A DNA stretch of 64,000 nt. It comes from Chromera velia (lineage: Eukaryota). Position 1 is the stretch's first letter. Every line of letters begins with the position of its first letter. Both the position numbers and the translations under genes were made by a program. Below are positions 25,501 through 38,628 of this stretch, piece by piece. The notes under the pieces are model-generated. The model was not told where the DNA came from. It worked only from the letters and a program-made list of their open reading frames with translations, and did no database searches. Location: contig JAHBMJ010000321.1 of the NCBI GenBank assembly GCA_018398765.1, positions 62,001-126,000 of the forward strand. Direction: 5' to 3'.

Positions 25501-26477
25501 GATGAATCTCTCGATCGAGGAACGGGACTGACTGCATGACACACATCCACCCGATTCTGCAGGGGGAATGCATGAGGTGTACAGAGGGGAGGGAGGTGTG
25601 CAGGGTGAGAAGGGAGGAAGGCAGCTGGTTAGAGAGACTCTCAGTCGCTTGGTTGGTTGGTGGAATATTTCTCTTCTGATCTCTTCTCTTCTCGGATGCC
25701 TAGTGATACTTCCTGCCTGCCTGCCTGCCTGCCTGTCAGGATCCAATGGAAGGAAGAAACCGACAACCATGCTGATGGTTTGTTTTGTTTTGTGTTGAAT
25801 TAATGGATTGGTTGATTGACTGCAGAAGTCTAACGGCGGCATTGAGTACCTTGCCCACTCTATTGGGCGGGACGTGGGGCTGGTGATGGGCCTCCTGGAC
25901 CCCAACGCAAAGTGGCACGCGGGGTTCGCACACCAACTGGCTGTCACTGCTTTCGAGTCAGTCAGTCAGACAGTATGGGCGTGTGTGAAACGGGGGGTGA
26001 GAATAAGGAGGGATGGGTGCAGACTGAAGGGATACGTTCCTTCGTTCCTGCACGTGAGTTGAGTTGAGTCAGCAGGGAGGTTGCAGAGACGTACGTGCAA
26101 GCCTCTCTTGGCGATGAGCGCGTGTACTGCAGTTGACTCTATGCACCCAACAGGGAGGGCTGGATGCCTTGCTTGGCTTATTATTCAGTTGCCTGCTTCC
26201 TGCCTACCTTCCTCGCTCCCTGCACGGCTTCCTCCTTGATTGCCTTTCCTTTTTCTTTTTGTCCCTCAGTGATGCGGAGTAAGAGCAGAGTAATTTGCTG
26301 CGGTCTTGCATTCATTGTACTTCTTTCGACTGAGATTTTTGCGTTTTTTTTTTTAATGTGTGCTTATGCAGGTGCATTCAAGACATTGAGAGCGCCCGGC
26401 CAGACTTCAAAACTCTGGTGCAGCGTATCAGAAAAATGGTCAACGAAAGGTCAGTCAGTCAGTCAGTCAGTCAGGAA

Positions 26478-26510
<33 letters not shown>

Positions 26511-29210
26511 ATGCACAAACAAACACGCACACACAGAGAAAAAGGGAGAAAGATCGCATGAGAGAGGGGCGTCGGTGAGAGTTTGTGTGTCCGTCTTTTT
26601 GTGGGAGAGAAGAAACCAGCGAGGGAGAGGGAGGAGAAAAGCGTTGGAAGGGAGGACGACGGGTGTCACTCTGAGTCGTTGCTTTCCTTCCGGCTCGCAT
26701 CCATGCACGTGCGCAGATTTTCTTCCTTCCTCCTCTCTCTCCTTCCTTCCCTCTTCTTCCAAACTCTAGGGATACAGCAAAGGCCTCCGGGTGTAGTGAA
26801 AAGAACGTGTTTTCTTTCTTCCGCACTCGCATCTCCTTCCTACCTTCATGCCCCCCTATTCTATTCTTTCTGTACGCAGCGACTCCCACCCCGACCCAGA
26901 GGTGCGTCCCCATACGCACATCTCTCCTGCGTTGTTGCCGGACGAGCTCCAGAGAGCCAAGCAGGTCGCCCACCAGTTCCAGATCAGGCAGCAACAACAG
27001 CAGCAGGCTGCCGCTGCCTCCCACTCTCCACCCCCAGTGGCGGGACAAAGGCGGCAACAGGTGTGTGGGTACATGTACATGTGTATTCATATTTATCTGC
27101 ACATATGAAGAAACGAAACGACAAGCTAGGAGTGGCAGGACGGGGAAAGCAGCAGTTTGTTTCTGGTTGGAAGTAAGACAAGACAATGAAAAAAGGTAGA
27201 AGAAAAGAGGTCCGTGTCGGTTCAGAGCGAAGGAACCGACAGAGGGAGAATTAAATCAAACACGGCTAACTCTTCTGACCGTCTGTCGGTGTCAAGAAAC
27301 CCTCGCGACCCCAGTTTCTCTCCCTCTCTATCTCTCTGATCTGTACACGTGTATGCTATGAAGCTGTGTACTCACCAGGAACTTCACACACTCTCTCTTT
27401 CCCCCCCCGTGCGTCCGTCTCTTCTCTTCTCTTGTGTTATTTTCTCTTCTCAGGGAGGCGTCTCCTCCTCAAGAGAGGACCCTGCCGCCTCCTCCCCTGC
27501 TGGGTACGGCCACCAGCCCCAGCAGCAGCCCGTGCAAGTCCATCAGCAGACTGCACATGGGGGGAGGCAGATAGACCACCCGCACCCGAACGCCCATGCA
27601 GGCGCCGCCCCTGCAGCCGTATACAGGTCCCACACACCGGACGTCTATGGCGGTGCTCGCACGGAGTCGCCTGACGGTCAGTCAGTTATTACAGGAAAGG
27701 TGAAACCATGGACCTCGTGTTAAGGTTCTGATGTTTTTGTCAAGGTTCATCGTCCTAAACAGAGGTGGGGCGTGCAGCAGGTCTCCATGGCACAGTGACA
27801 CCTAGACACCAGAAAGCCAGGTCATGCTTGGATAGGGGGGGGTGGCAGGCGTGGTGCTGTCCGATAGAGATCTTTTGTGCCTGCGTGCGGCTCTTCGTGA
27901 GGGTTCTCTCTCTCTCTTCCTCTCTCTTTGCGACTGCGTTTGCGTCTGTGTGTGTTGTTGTGTCTGTGTGTCTTTGTGTACCGTTTTGATGTATGCATGG
28001 AGACATTCACAAATGTCAAATCAGATGGTGTGTTCACTGCAAACAATCAGAAAGAAATTTCCACTCATGCGTTCTTCATCTGATAGGCGAACTGAGCGAT
28101 CTAGAGACGCAGACCTTGTTTCCTTTCTCTGTTTTCCCTTCATCTCTTTGTGTTCGTGCTTTTCCTGAAATGACCCCCCTTCAAGCAGGATACGCCTACT
28201 ATCAAGCCCAAGCCCGCTCCCCCCATCCAGCCGACGACTCTCCCTCACAGCAACAGGGACCAGTGCAGGCCCACCAGCAGAACCATGCAGGAGGCATACA
28301 GCACATCAACGCTGGTGTGAGTGTGGCCCCAGCCCAGCTGCTGAACAAGAGCCAGGGACAGGCTCTGCAGGCAGGAGGGCAGCACCCTCAGGTGGCCGCG
28401 TACGCACAACAACAGAGTCCCACAGGGATGCAGATGCAGATGCAGCAACAGCAGTCACAAGCAGTTGGGTCAGTCTGTCAGACAGTCAAGGAAAAGGCCG
28501 CAATTTTCTTCGTGCATGCTTCTGTTTTCTCGGTCTCCCTCTGTCTCTCTTTGTTTCTCTCGATGCGCGTGCGTGCGTGCGTATGTGTCTTTGTGCGTGC
28601 GTGCGTGCGAAGGTACAAGCAACGTGGTCCCCTTCAATCCTTCTCAAACATCTGCCCCCCTTTCTTCGTCCTTGCAGTGCCCAAGCGGCCTACGCGGCCC
28701 AGTCCCACTACGTGCAGCAGCAGCAGCATCCTCACCCGAGGTCCCGGCAGGCGGCGGCAGTGGGTGAGCAGGTGCCCTCGGTCCACGGAGCTGCGGCCCC
28801 AACTGCAGCGCCAACTCAAAGCACCCACCCGCACCAACAGGCTGCCGCGTACTCTCAGGCTGCTTACGCAGGAAGGTCCCTCCATCCCCACCACGCTCAG
28901 ACGCAACCGGCTGCGGCGAGACAAGCGTCGCCTGCAGCGTCTCCGGGGGCGGCATCTGCACCGCCCCAGAGGGGCCCAGGGAGGGCCCCGGCAGCAGGTC
29001 GTCAGCCGGGGCCCGGATCCATCAGTCACAGTAGGGGTGCAGTTGCAGGTTCTCCTCGGTCTGAAGGCTCAGGAGATCCTGCGGGACGGGGGGGAAATCC
29101 TAATGTAGAGATAGAGGAGAGTTGGTATGGGGGAGATCCGGATGACGATGAATCGGGCGAAGACGAATACTACAACGATGACGATCCGTCAGTAGACAGA
29201 CACAAAGAAA

Positions 29211-29272
<62 letters not shown>

Positions 29273-30977
29273 AGAACCCAAACGACCTGTAGCTATGAAT
29301 GAAACAGAGCATTTCATTTTGGGATGAAGCTGGGAAGGAGCTTCATTACAACAGAGCAGATGTTCTTCAGTGATTGCTGTTGGGCTCTTCTGATTCTCTC
29401 TGCTCTTGCCGTGGGTTTCTTTTTTTGTTTCTGTTCTGGGCAAGTTTTTTTTTAACTGTCTCGTGCATGCAAGCACCTGAGAGAAACGGAAACGTTCCGG
29501 CAAGAGGTCTTTCCGCCAAGGTGAAAAAAAAAATTCTGTCATCTCCATGAAATGGATAGGTTCATTTACTCACTCACCCTCTGTGGTTTGCCTGTCTGCC
29601 TACCTGCATGCAGAGAGTACCTTGAACACATGGCAAGGGCGTTGGATGAGTCGAAACGGCTGGAAGAGGAGCGACTCCGCACTCTCAGGATCAAAGAGGA
29701 AGAGGTACATGCGTTGGTTGGTTGGATTTCTTTCTGTCTTTCTTTTCTGGTCCTTTTCCTTTCCTTTCCTTTCCTTTCCTTTCCTTCCGTCCAACCAAAA
29801 AATCCGTCCATCCAGCGGAGAAGGAGACCATCTGAGGGAGACGGGAAGGGAAGGGATGCCAAGTGTCTAAAGCAACCGTTGCAACCAAAAAACCAGTCTG
29901 ACTGTCTAACCAAAAAAAAGAAAAAGAAAGTCCGAGTGGGTGAATCGAAGGGGGAGGGTCATGAACACAGTCTCCCTCCAGACAGACACAAAGACGTCTT
30001 GGCTCGTGCAGGTGATGAAAGGGGTCCCTCGCTCGTATTCTTCCTTTCCTTCCTTCCTTGTCTTTCTTCCCATCGCCGCACTACAGAGCTCCCATGACCT
30101 CCCTCCCTCCCTTTTTTTCCTGATTCGATTCGAGAACCAGACCCGAAAGAAAGAATGAACTCAGATCATCATCATGCATGCTGAATGGAATGAGCAATCG
30201 ATGGATGGATGGATGGATGGATGGATGCAGGAATTCCGGCTGGCGGTGCAGAACTCTGAGAGCACAGCTGCAGGGGGGCGGGTCGATCGGGGAGGGGGAG
30301 GGGGGGGTCAGAGAGGGTCCTCGGGAGGAGGGCTGTCGTCGGCCTCGGGGGGTTCTTTCCCTGCAACAGCGGCCATACCTCCAGGACATTACTATGCAGG
30401 GGCAGGGCCGTGTACGGCTCTCGGACCGGGAGGGGGGGACAACGCGGTCATCGCGTACAGTCAGCAGCAACCCGCAGCGCGACAACAGCCTCCGGGGGGT
30501 GCCTATGGGGTGGTTGGAGGAGGGGGGGCTTCAGCAGTGTGTGCAGCCCCGCTACCGCCTCAGCAGCANNNNNNNNNNNNNNNNNNNNNNNNNNNNNNNN
30601 NNNNNNNNNNNNNNNNNNNNNNNNNNNNNNNNNNNNNNNNNNNNNNNNNNNNNNNNNNNNNNNNNNNNNNNNNGGGGGGGGGGGATGATCCTTTCAGGGG
30701 TGGGATCTGGGATTTTATTGAAGACCAGCAGCGGGCAGAGCAAGAGGATCAGGCAAAGAGAGCAAGAGAAAGGATGTCTCCTCATGCTGTGGGGGGAGGG
30801 GGGTACGCTCACGGACTTCCTCAGCATGCGGCAGCTGGGCACGGACAGGGTTTGCCGATGCAAGCCGCAAATCCTGTTGGGGTGGGTGGCCACGTACAGC
30901 AGCAGCAACAACAACAGCAAGGAAATGGTGGTAGAGCAGTACCGCGTGTGGCCACCCCTCCACCCCCCCACTTTTGA
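22509..30977 (+). CDS. TKL protein kinase, Pelle/IRAK/RLK-like, with Q/P/A-rich tail and two UIM-like motifs; 14 exons
   Basis: Exons 22509-22718, 22929-23019, 23574-23762, 24161-24343, 24729-24831, 25075-25159, 25826-25956, 26372-26449, 26880-27060, 27454-27676, 28189-28468, 28678-29187, 29614-29704 and 30231-30977 (last exon contains an N-gap). Motifs: YTYADLRESTNNF, GHGAYG, VAIK, HPNLV, LSWKRRL, HRDIKTANILL, DFG, GTIGYADP. Confidence 0.9.
30569..30673. other. Assembly gap (others at 8804-8866 and 32893-32904)
   Basis: Runs of N. Confidence 1.
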
Positions 30978-33029
30978 GGCTTCTCTCCGAGCTGTCTTCC
31001 TTTCTTTCTCTTCGCTCTGTTTCTTGTCTACTCTCCTCACATCTCCCGCTCTCTCTCGCCACTCACCTCGTCTGTCTGACTTTGTAAGGGAACCGTCTGC
31101 GAATCGCAGCCCGGCTTGTAGCCTAGTTATCTAATCTGATTGAAGGCTCTGATCACCGGTTTGTCTCCTTTTTGAAACTGTCTGCTCCCCATTCCGTCTA
31201 GTCCTTCAGCAGCCGCTTTTCGCTTTGCTCCAGGCTGTCTGCCTTCCTTCCTTCCTTCCTTCCTTCCTTCCTTCCCGACTAGTCCTTTCAGGGAGCGTCT
31301 TGGTGGTCAGTCAAGGGGAGTGAGGGGAAGAAAGCAAGCAAGGAAGGGAGGGAGGAGGGAGGGACAACAGAGGAAGGGCCCTTCGGAGATCGGATCTTCA
31401 TTTCCTTCCCTTTCCTTTCCTCCCCCGTGTATTGATTGATTGATTGTGCCCTGCTGTCGGCGGCCTCCTTTCTCTCTTCCTGTCCGCCTTTCTTCCCTTC
31501 TTTCTCTCTGTTTTGAAGGGAGTCTAGGGGAAACAAAGAGGATCCATCCCTAGGAAGGACAGGTTCGTCGTTGAAGGGCTGAAGGTCACCAGAACTAGGG
31601 AGAGGGGGCTTTGGAAGGGGAAGAAGTAGAAAAGAAAGACGAAGAACAGAGCCTGGAGGCAAGGAAGGGGACTGGATTTCGAGCATCCGACAGAAGCCAG
31701 CCAGAGAAAGTGCACATACACGGCGTGGAGACAAACTGGGCCCCGCGCAGGAGTTGTGTGCTTGAAGGCAGGGAAGGGGGAGGTGTATGTAGGTCACTGG
31801 GGGGATGTGGGGGTCAACAGAAATTGAGGAGAAACAATGCTGATCGTTTTTCATTTCTTTTCCTCAGCTCTGTCCCTCTTTTGCGAGACTGGGAGGGATC
31901 GGAATTCATCTGCGTTGATTTTGGGAAAATCAACAGCTCGAACGGTGTGAAGATAGACAGACAGCACACAGCAGAGTGCAGCGCTCTGTTAGAGAGAGAT
32001 CATCTGAGCCCTACCACTCGGACCCCTCCTCTCCCTCCCTCTTTCCTTTCTGCTTCTCTCTCTCTCTTGATTTTGTTTGCTCGCTCCTTCACTTCTCCGT
32101 GCGTTCGTGTCGCTGCACGGCATGCAGACAAAGAAAGGAGATAAAGGGGGATAGACTCAAAGTTGGAAGGAAGGAAGTTGGTGCGTTCCGTCTTTGGGGA
32201 GGGATCTCATCTCCGATTGCGGATCGACAGCAACAGAGATCGAGTGGAGAGAGGACAGAGGGATTCTGATTGGTGTGCGGGAAAGTGAGGGTAGATGGGA
32301 GAATAGGAGAGAGGTCGGCAACTTGGAAGTCTTCCTGCTTCATTGCCTCCTCTTAATTTGGCACACCCCTTTCCTTCTTTTTTATGTTCTCTCTTGGTTT
32401 CACGGACACCGATCGAGTAAGAGGCAGAAAGGGTAACATCTCTACAGGAGAAACCGACGTGCAAAAAGACAGCCGAAAGCGGGGAGCAGCTGTGGAAGAA
32501 AGGAAGCTAGCGTGTCATGTGTTGCACGCCTACAACGAAAATAAATTAAATTTCAGGGGGTGGAGGGGGGGGGAGAAAGAAGTGTCTGGGTGGACACAGC
32601 GAGAGGGTTGACGGGGAAACGGAGGGGGGGATGGATGGAACAAGGGTGAAGGTACATGTGTGCTTGAACAATGAACATGATGCTTTCGCTCGGTGAAATT
32701 GCTTTCCGCACACTCTCCGACAATTTTGTCGGTGCACCGTGCATGTATCCATCTGCTCATCTAGCTACTCATATGGCGTTCAATGAGTGACACTGACATA
32801 AAATACTCTCAAACTATAACTATATATAAGCCATAGGGGGCCGCGCACTAAAGATTATTGGAAACCTAGTTTCCAAAGGGGTCTGGGACCCCNNNNNNNN
32901 NNNNCCCCCCCCCCCCAATTAATTCCCCCCCCCTTTTCTTATTTAAATTGGAAACCCCCCCCTAAATTCGTGTCGTAGCGCGCCCTGGGTCCGACAAGGC
33001 CTTTTTTTGACTTTTCTTGATAACGCCAT

Positions 33030-33448
33030 AAAACTAGGTTAAATTCCCCGGGAATTTAGTGGAATTTAATGGAATTTACCTTTGGAATTTAGTGGAATTT
33101 GGTGGATTTTACTGGAATTTACCGTGGAATCTACTCGTCTAAATTCCACTAAATTCCACAAAGTTACACAAACTTTGAAGGCTTATTTCTTGCGATCTAG
33201 AAAGAATTAGGAACTCAAATTAGCAGTGTTTGTAGAGCTTTATAAGATCGATGTAAAAACACAGTTAATTTGAGTTCCTAACTCTTTCTAGATCGCAAGA
33301 AATAAGCCTTCAAAGTTTATGGAATTTAGTAGAATTTAGACGAGTAGATTCCACGGTAAATTCCACTAAAATCCACCAAATTCCACTAAATTCCAAGGGT
33401 AAATTCCATTAAATTCCACTAAATTCCCGGGGAATTTAACTTGGTTTT
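33030..33448. mobile_element. Foldback/MITE: ~420-bp near-perfect palindrome containing GGAATTT subrepeats
   Basis: The left arm AAAACTAGGTTAAATTCCCCGGGAATTTAGTGG...GGAACTCAAATTA is the near-exact reverse complement of the right arm TAATTTGAGTTCC...CCACTAAATTCCCGGGGAATTTAACTTGGTTTT. Confidence 0.9.
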
Positions 33449-33857
33449 GTAGGGAAGGCTGCACAAAAAAAAAGTGTATGTATGTATGCGTGCACGTAGC
33501 ATCACGTATAACGCGAGTATCAAACCAACATGTCACCTCAGATAAGTGTATATAGTGCAGCCTTTTCTTCGTTGATGTTCTTTTGGGCAATCATCCCGGC
33601 AATGTCGCCTGTTCACACGGATTCTTGCAGAAGTATCGACAATTGAGTTATAGTGAGCTGGAGAGTAAGGCAAAAAGCGGGATCAAACAGTGTTGAAGTG
33701 TTTAACAAGAAAGGGTAACCGTCTCAGAGTGATAAACTAAGTATCTGATGTGTTGGTAGGAGTAAAAAAAAAAAAAAAAAAAAAAANAAAAAAAAAAAAA
33801 AAAAAAAAAAGTCATTTTCACTTTTTTGTTTTTTGTTTTTTTTTCTGATGGCAAACT

Positions 33858-34396
33858 AAAAAATATGTTGGTTAAGTGTTGTTGATGTGTTTTACGAATC
33901 AACAAGTATTGTTTAAGTGTTGTTGTACTATTGTTTCTTTGTTATAATGATAAATGAATGTTGTTACACTGATATACAACGATTGCTTATGTGTTGCAAG
34001 ATGTTGCATATGCTCGTCGTGTCTTGATGGAGGTTATCATCGAAAAGCAAAAAAAAAAAATAAATTTGCCCTGCATGGAGACTATATTTTTTTTTTTGTT
34101 TTTTTTTTGAAAATTACCCCTAGCATTTTCATCTTTTTCTTTTTTGTTTTTTTTCCGGTGTCAAGCTGAAAAATATGTTGTTTAAGTGTTGTTTATGTGT
34201 TGCACGAATCAACAAGTGCTGTTTAAGTGTTGTTATACTATTGTTTCTTTATTATAATAATAAATATAGATAAATGAATGGTATTGCACTGTTATACAAA
34301 TGTTGCTTTAGTGTTGCAAGCTAGGTTGCAAGGTGTTACATATGGTTGTTACGTCTTGGTCGAAGTCATTATCGAAAAGCAAAAAACAAAAAAAAA
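33858..34396. repeat. Diverged direct duplication (~310-bp period) of an AT-rich TGTTG-motif block
   Basis: AAAAATATGTTG..TAAGTGTTG...ATCGAAAAGCAAAAAA starts at ~33858 and again at ~34169. Confidence 0.8.
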
Positions 34397-35211
34397 TTGC
34401 TCGTAAGACCGTTTTTTTTTGTTATGAGGTGGCATAGCATGGCTGGCAGTCAACATCACATGAAGCAGCCTCGCTCATGCGCAAACACGCCCTGCCAGAA
34501 GTGGAAGAGTTTGAGAAAAAATGCAGCTGTTAAGCTATTTGCCAAAGGTTGTAAAATAAGGGTCTATCATTTAATAATCTGCCTTGCGTGTTGTGACTTG
34601 CCGAACGCTAGACGCCTATTATGGGCCGATAGCGATGGCGTATGATGATGATGATGAATTTGAAAATTACCCTTATATATGTTGAAATTAGTTGAAATTG
34701 AAGATCTGCATGGTTTTAAAATCCTGTTACCGCGATGAATGAGGAGGTTCCAGAAGCTTTTCAGTGCCGGACCAGCGGCCATCTGAAGAAAACGTGGTCT
34801 AGAACGTGGTGAAACTGTGGAGAACCTAGTGTCACAATGGACAACACGGTGCTTTTCTTTCCACTCAATGCTCTTCGTTGCTATCTCTGAAACTAAATCC
34901 TATCATATCATGCATAAATTATTAGTAAATCAAATTATGGTGACATGATCTATACATTTCATTTGCTTATACTTTATAATTAACTTTGATTCCTATTATC
35001 GAATCTTATACATATTGGTATAGTGATAACAGTACGAAGTTCAGGTTCAAGTCCTAGTTTGAAGCTAGGTGTGAAGCTACCTAGGAAGCTACAGGGGCAA
35101 CATACCTCTCAGGTGCTAAATCAGCTAGTCTAGAAGTCAGTCGACCAAACGTGACCAAATACCACTGATGACAGCTTGTATAGCACCAGTGGTTGCCAAT
35201 TTTCGCTTTCC

Positions 35212-36698
35212 CTATCCTTCCGCTTTCCTTTTCCGGCCCACCTGCCCAGAAGAGGTCGCACTTTCTCCGGCTGACTCTGCAGACTGATGGCCATCACAGG
35301 ACAGAGCATCTCTGGTCTTCTCCGCTGCCGAGGTTCCCCCCCACGGGGGTCCCACGCAGCGCGCCGCCATTCTTTTGAGAGCAGGACCCGAGGACTCCCC
35401 GACCTCTCGGGCAACCACACACACGGAGTCCGCAACCAAATCGGCAGCCGGGGAAGACTGGACGAACGCATGAAGAGCAGAAGGCAAAGACGGAATCGCA
35501 TCGGTGCACGAACAAACAAACAAACAAACAAACAAACAAACAAACGCAACCAAGGGAAACGTCGACAGCAAATGCATCGCCACCCCGACGTGTCTTCCTT
35601 TTGGAGATCCGGGAGAAGTGCAGCAGACGAGTGACCAAAGGCAGCCTCTCGTTTTCTCTGTTTCTCCACGCATGTTCACACAGAAACACGCACTTTCATG
35701 AAACGGTACTATCTGTTTCTGGTTGCCACTTTCCTCCCCCATTCCCTCTTGGAGGGGGCGGGAAGGAAGGGCAACTGCGCCTCCGTGGAATCAACGAGCG
35801 CGAAGAAGCACAGAAAAGGACAGAGAAACACGCGAGTGACGAAGAAAAGTGACCAACTCATCTGCGTCTCTCGCAGAGGAACAGCCAAAACAAACAGACC
35901 GCAGGTGGAGGGAGCTGCACGATCTCATGCACACACGAATTGGTGTCCTCCTTGTTTTCTGCCTGCCTGCCTGCCTGCCTGTCTGCCTGACCATCCAGGA
36001 AATGACGAGGGACTGTCGAGAAACATCAGGTGACACTCGCACGGAGTCGCAGAGGGTGAACCCCTGAGGTTGGACCCCAGCTTCCTCTTGTCGATTGGGA
36101 CTTTCGTCTTTGGATGTTCTCCCGAAAGTGTGCGACAGCGTTGCCTGATCGAGTCACCTCAGACAGCACAGACACATCACCACAAGGTTTGGGGTTTCCA
36201 ACAACTGGGATTTGTCTCGGCGGTGCAGAGGTGAGGGGGTAAGCGGTGCAACGATTTTCGTCTTCGTATGTGCATTCATGCAGTCTCCGTCTTCCTCTCT
36301 GTCCCTCATTTTCACATACAGAAAGGCAAAGAGAGCTACGCACGCACGCGGGGGGGATAGAGAAAGAGATGCAGATGGACCGACAGGCGGATAGAGAGAC
36401 AGAGAGAAGGGAAGGGAGGGAGGGAGAGGGGACGAAGGGCCCACATTGGGGGACATACCGGGGAAGTCAAAACTCAGCTGTGGTTCGAATGAAGAACACA
36501 ATCACACACTGCATGGCCTCCCCTCCCCTTTCTGTCCCCTCCCTCACCCCCCATGCACCTGAAGAACCTCGATGGCAGTGAGGGGCCGACTGGGAGCGCT
36601 TGCTGCCGGTTGCTCTGGAGGGACAGGGCGGTCGCATTGGAAGGGCACAAAGACCTCCTGAGCGATGGCGTGGGCGGAGACGGACACGTATCTGCATG

Positions 36699-36754
<56 letters not shown>

Positions 36755-37389
36755 ACGCAGACAAGCAGGAAAGTAGACAGATAGATAGACAGGCACACAG
36801 GAAGGCAGACAGCCAAACAGCAAGGAAGTGAAGGTTCGGCATAAAAGGAAGAGGAATGAAAAGTACAGAGACTTGGTGGGCAGGAAAAAAAAGGGCGGGC
36901 AAGGGGGGAGGGGAGGAAGCAAAAGAGAGAAAAAAGGCGGGAAAAGAGCATTAGTTCCCTGGGAGGATGGGCCAGTAGTCCTGCACCCGCTTCGCTTGTG
37001 TTCCTTGAATGCAGAAACACATTTGTTACTTTTGTCGCTCGGTCGAGCAACTGATTCAAGCACACGCAGCCAATTTCTCTTGAGAGAAAGTCAACCAACA
37101 CAGTCGACCTCCATATCAGGGAGGGAAAGATTTTATGGACGGACGAAGGTTCATAACAGCCATGCATGCGCCCCCCCCCCCCCCCNCCCCCCCCTCCCTC
37201 TCTCTCTGTGCCTGTTTGGCAGGCCGACTGACTGTGACAGCTCCCGAGGATCCACCAACAGTGATCCCTGCATGGTAGAGGGAAACACAGGCGAAGGGAC
37301 ACACACACACACACATACACACACAAGCTCTTTGCTTCTCTCCGCCTCTCCGCCCCCGTGCGTGTATATGTGTGTGTGCGTGTGTGTGT

Positions 37390-37442
<53 letters not shown>

Positions 37443-38596
37443 GCCAAGAAAAAGCGGGGAACGACAAAGAACAGGCATGCAGGCAGAGAGACAGACAGGC
37501 TGATGGTCTGCCTCTCTTCTTCTTTTTTTCCTCAGAAAAAAAGAATCAAAGAAAGGAGAAAAAGTTCCACACTGACGATAAAAGAAAGGACGGACAATCA
37601 GACAGCGCGGAGGGCCGCCCGAAGGAGACAGACTGAAGTGCCTCCAGGGTCTGCTTCCCCGATGAGTTCTGGCGTGACCACTGGATGTCGTACGTTACTC
37701 AAAACCTCCACAAAAAGAAAAAGGAGTAATAGTAAAGCAAGAAAATGATGACATTGAAAGAACAAACAAGTACATCGACTAAGACAGCCATTGAGGCGGG
37801 AATGCAGGAAGATAGGCAGGTCAGCTTGCACCATATCAACAGTCCAGCACGCATCCTCGCAAATACCACCAGCTGACTGACCGTGTTTGGTCCTCGAACC
37901 AGCACAGCTGTGATTTCTTCTTCTTCTTCTTCTTCCTCCTCGTCGTCTCCCCCTTCTCCTCCCTTCTCTTGCCGAACCGCTGCACCCCCCCGCCCCCCCT
38001 CTCTCTGCCCACCAAAGGTCTCTCTCTTCACCCGACCCTCGATCCTATCATCCTCCGGCCCTTCCACGCCGCCTGGCCGAAGGAACCCGTTGACCCTCTC
38101 TGCCAATCCCCCCACGATCTGCACACTTTGAGCCTCTGCAGATGACAACGAAAAGAGATTCACAGACAGGTCAGACAGACACACAATGCTCAAGTGAAGA
38201 TCGAGGTGGGAACACCACAAGAACAACAAACGAAACTGGACACCGAAGAAACAAATCCCGTGGATTTCCTTCCACTGAAGAGTTTCCCCACAGCTGCCTG
38301 TCTGCAAATCAAACTTGAGCCAGAAAGGGATGCAGGGGGCGACAACCCAAATATGACAAGCATGTCAAACAATGCCAACAAGGACAAACCCACCTCGCGA
38401 TTCCACCGCAAGAAAAACTGGTTCCATATTCTCCGGTGTGTGGACTTGGCAGTCTGGAATGAGTTCCTGCAGACAGAAGAACACATGCAAACAGCAGAAG
38501 CGCCATTGAACCAGCCTGCAAAGCAGGGGGGGACACTGCATTCGTTTCTTTTCGGAGCATGCCTTTGTGGATTTACTCTTCGACGGACGCAGAATC

Positions 38597-38628
<32 letters not shown>

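Noticed and set aside
32830..32995. Small inverted-repeat element around the N-gap
   Set aside because: The symmetry is weak and interrupted by a gap and poly-C, so ends cannot be defined.
37598..37710. Extra CPSF73 exon ([10 protein letters not shown]...)
   Set aside because: It has no convincing splice-site pair. Joining 37882 directly to 37267 gives a better CPSF73-like sequence.
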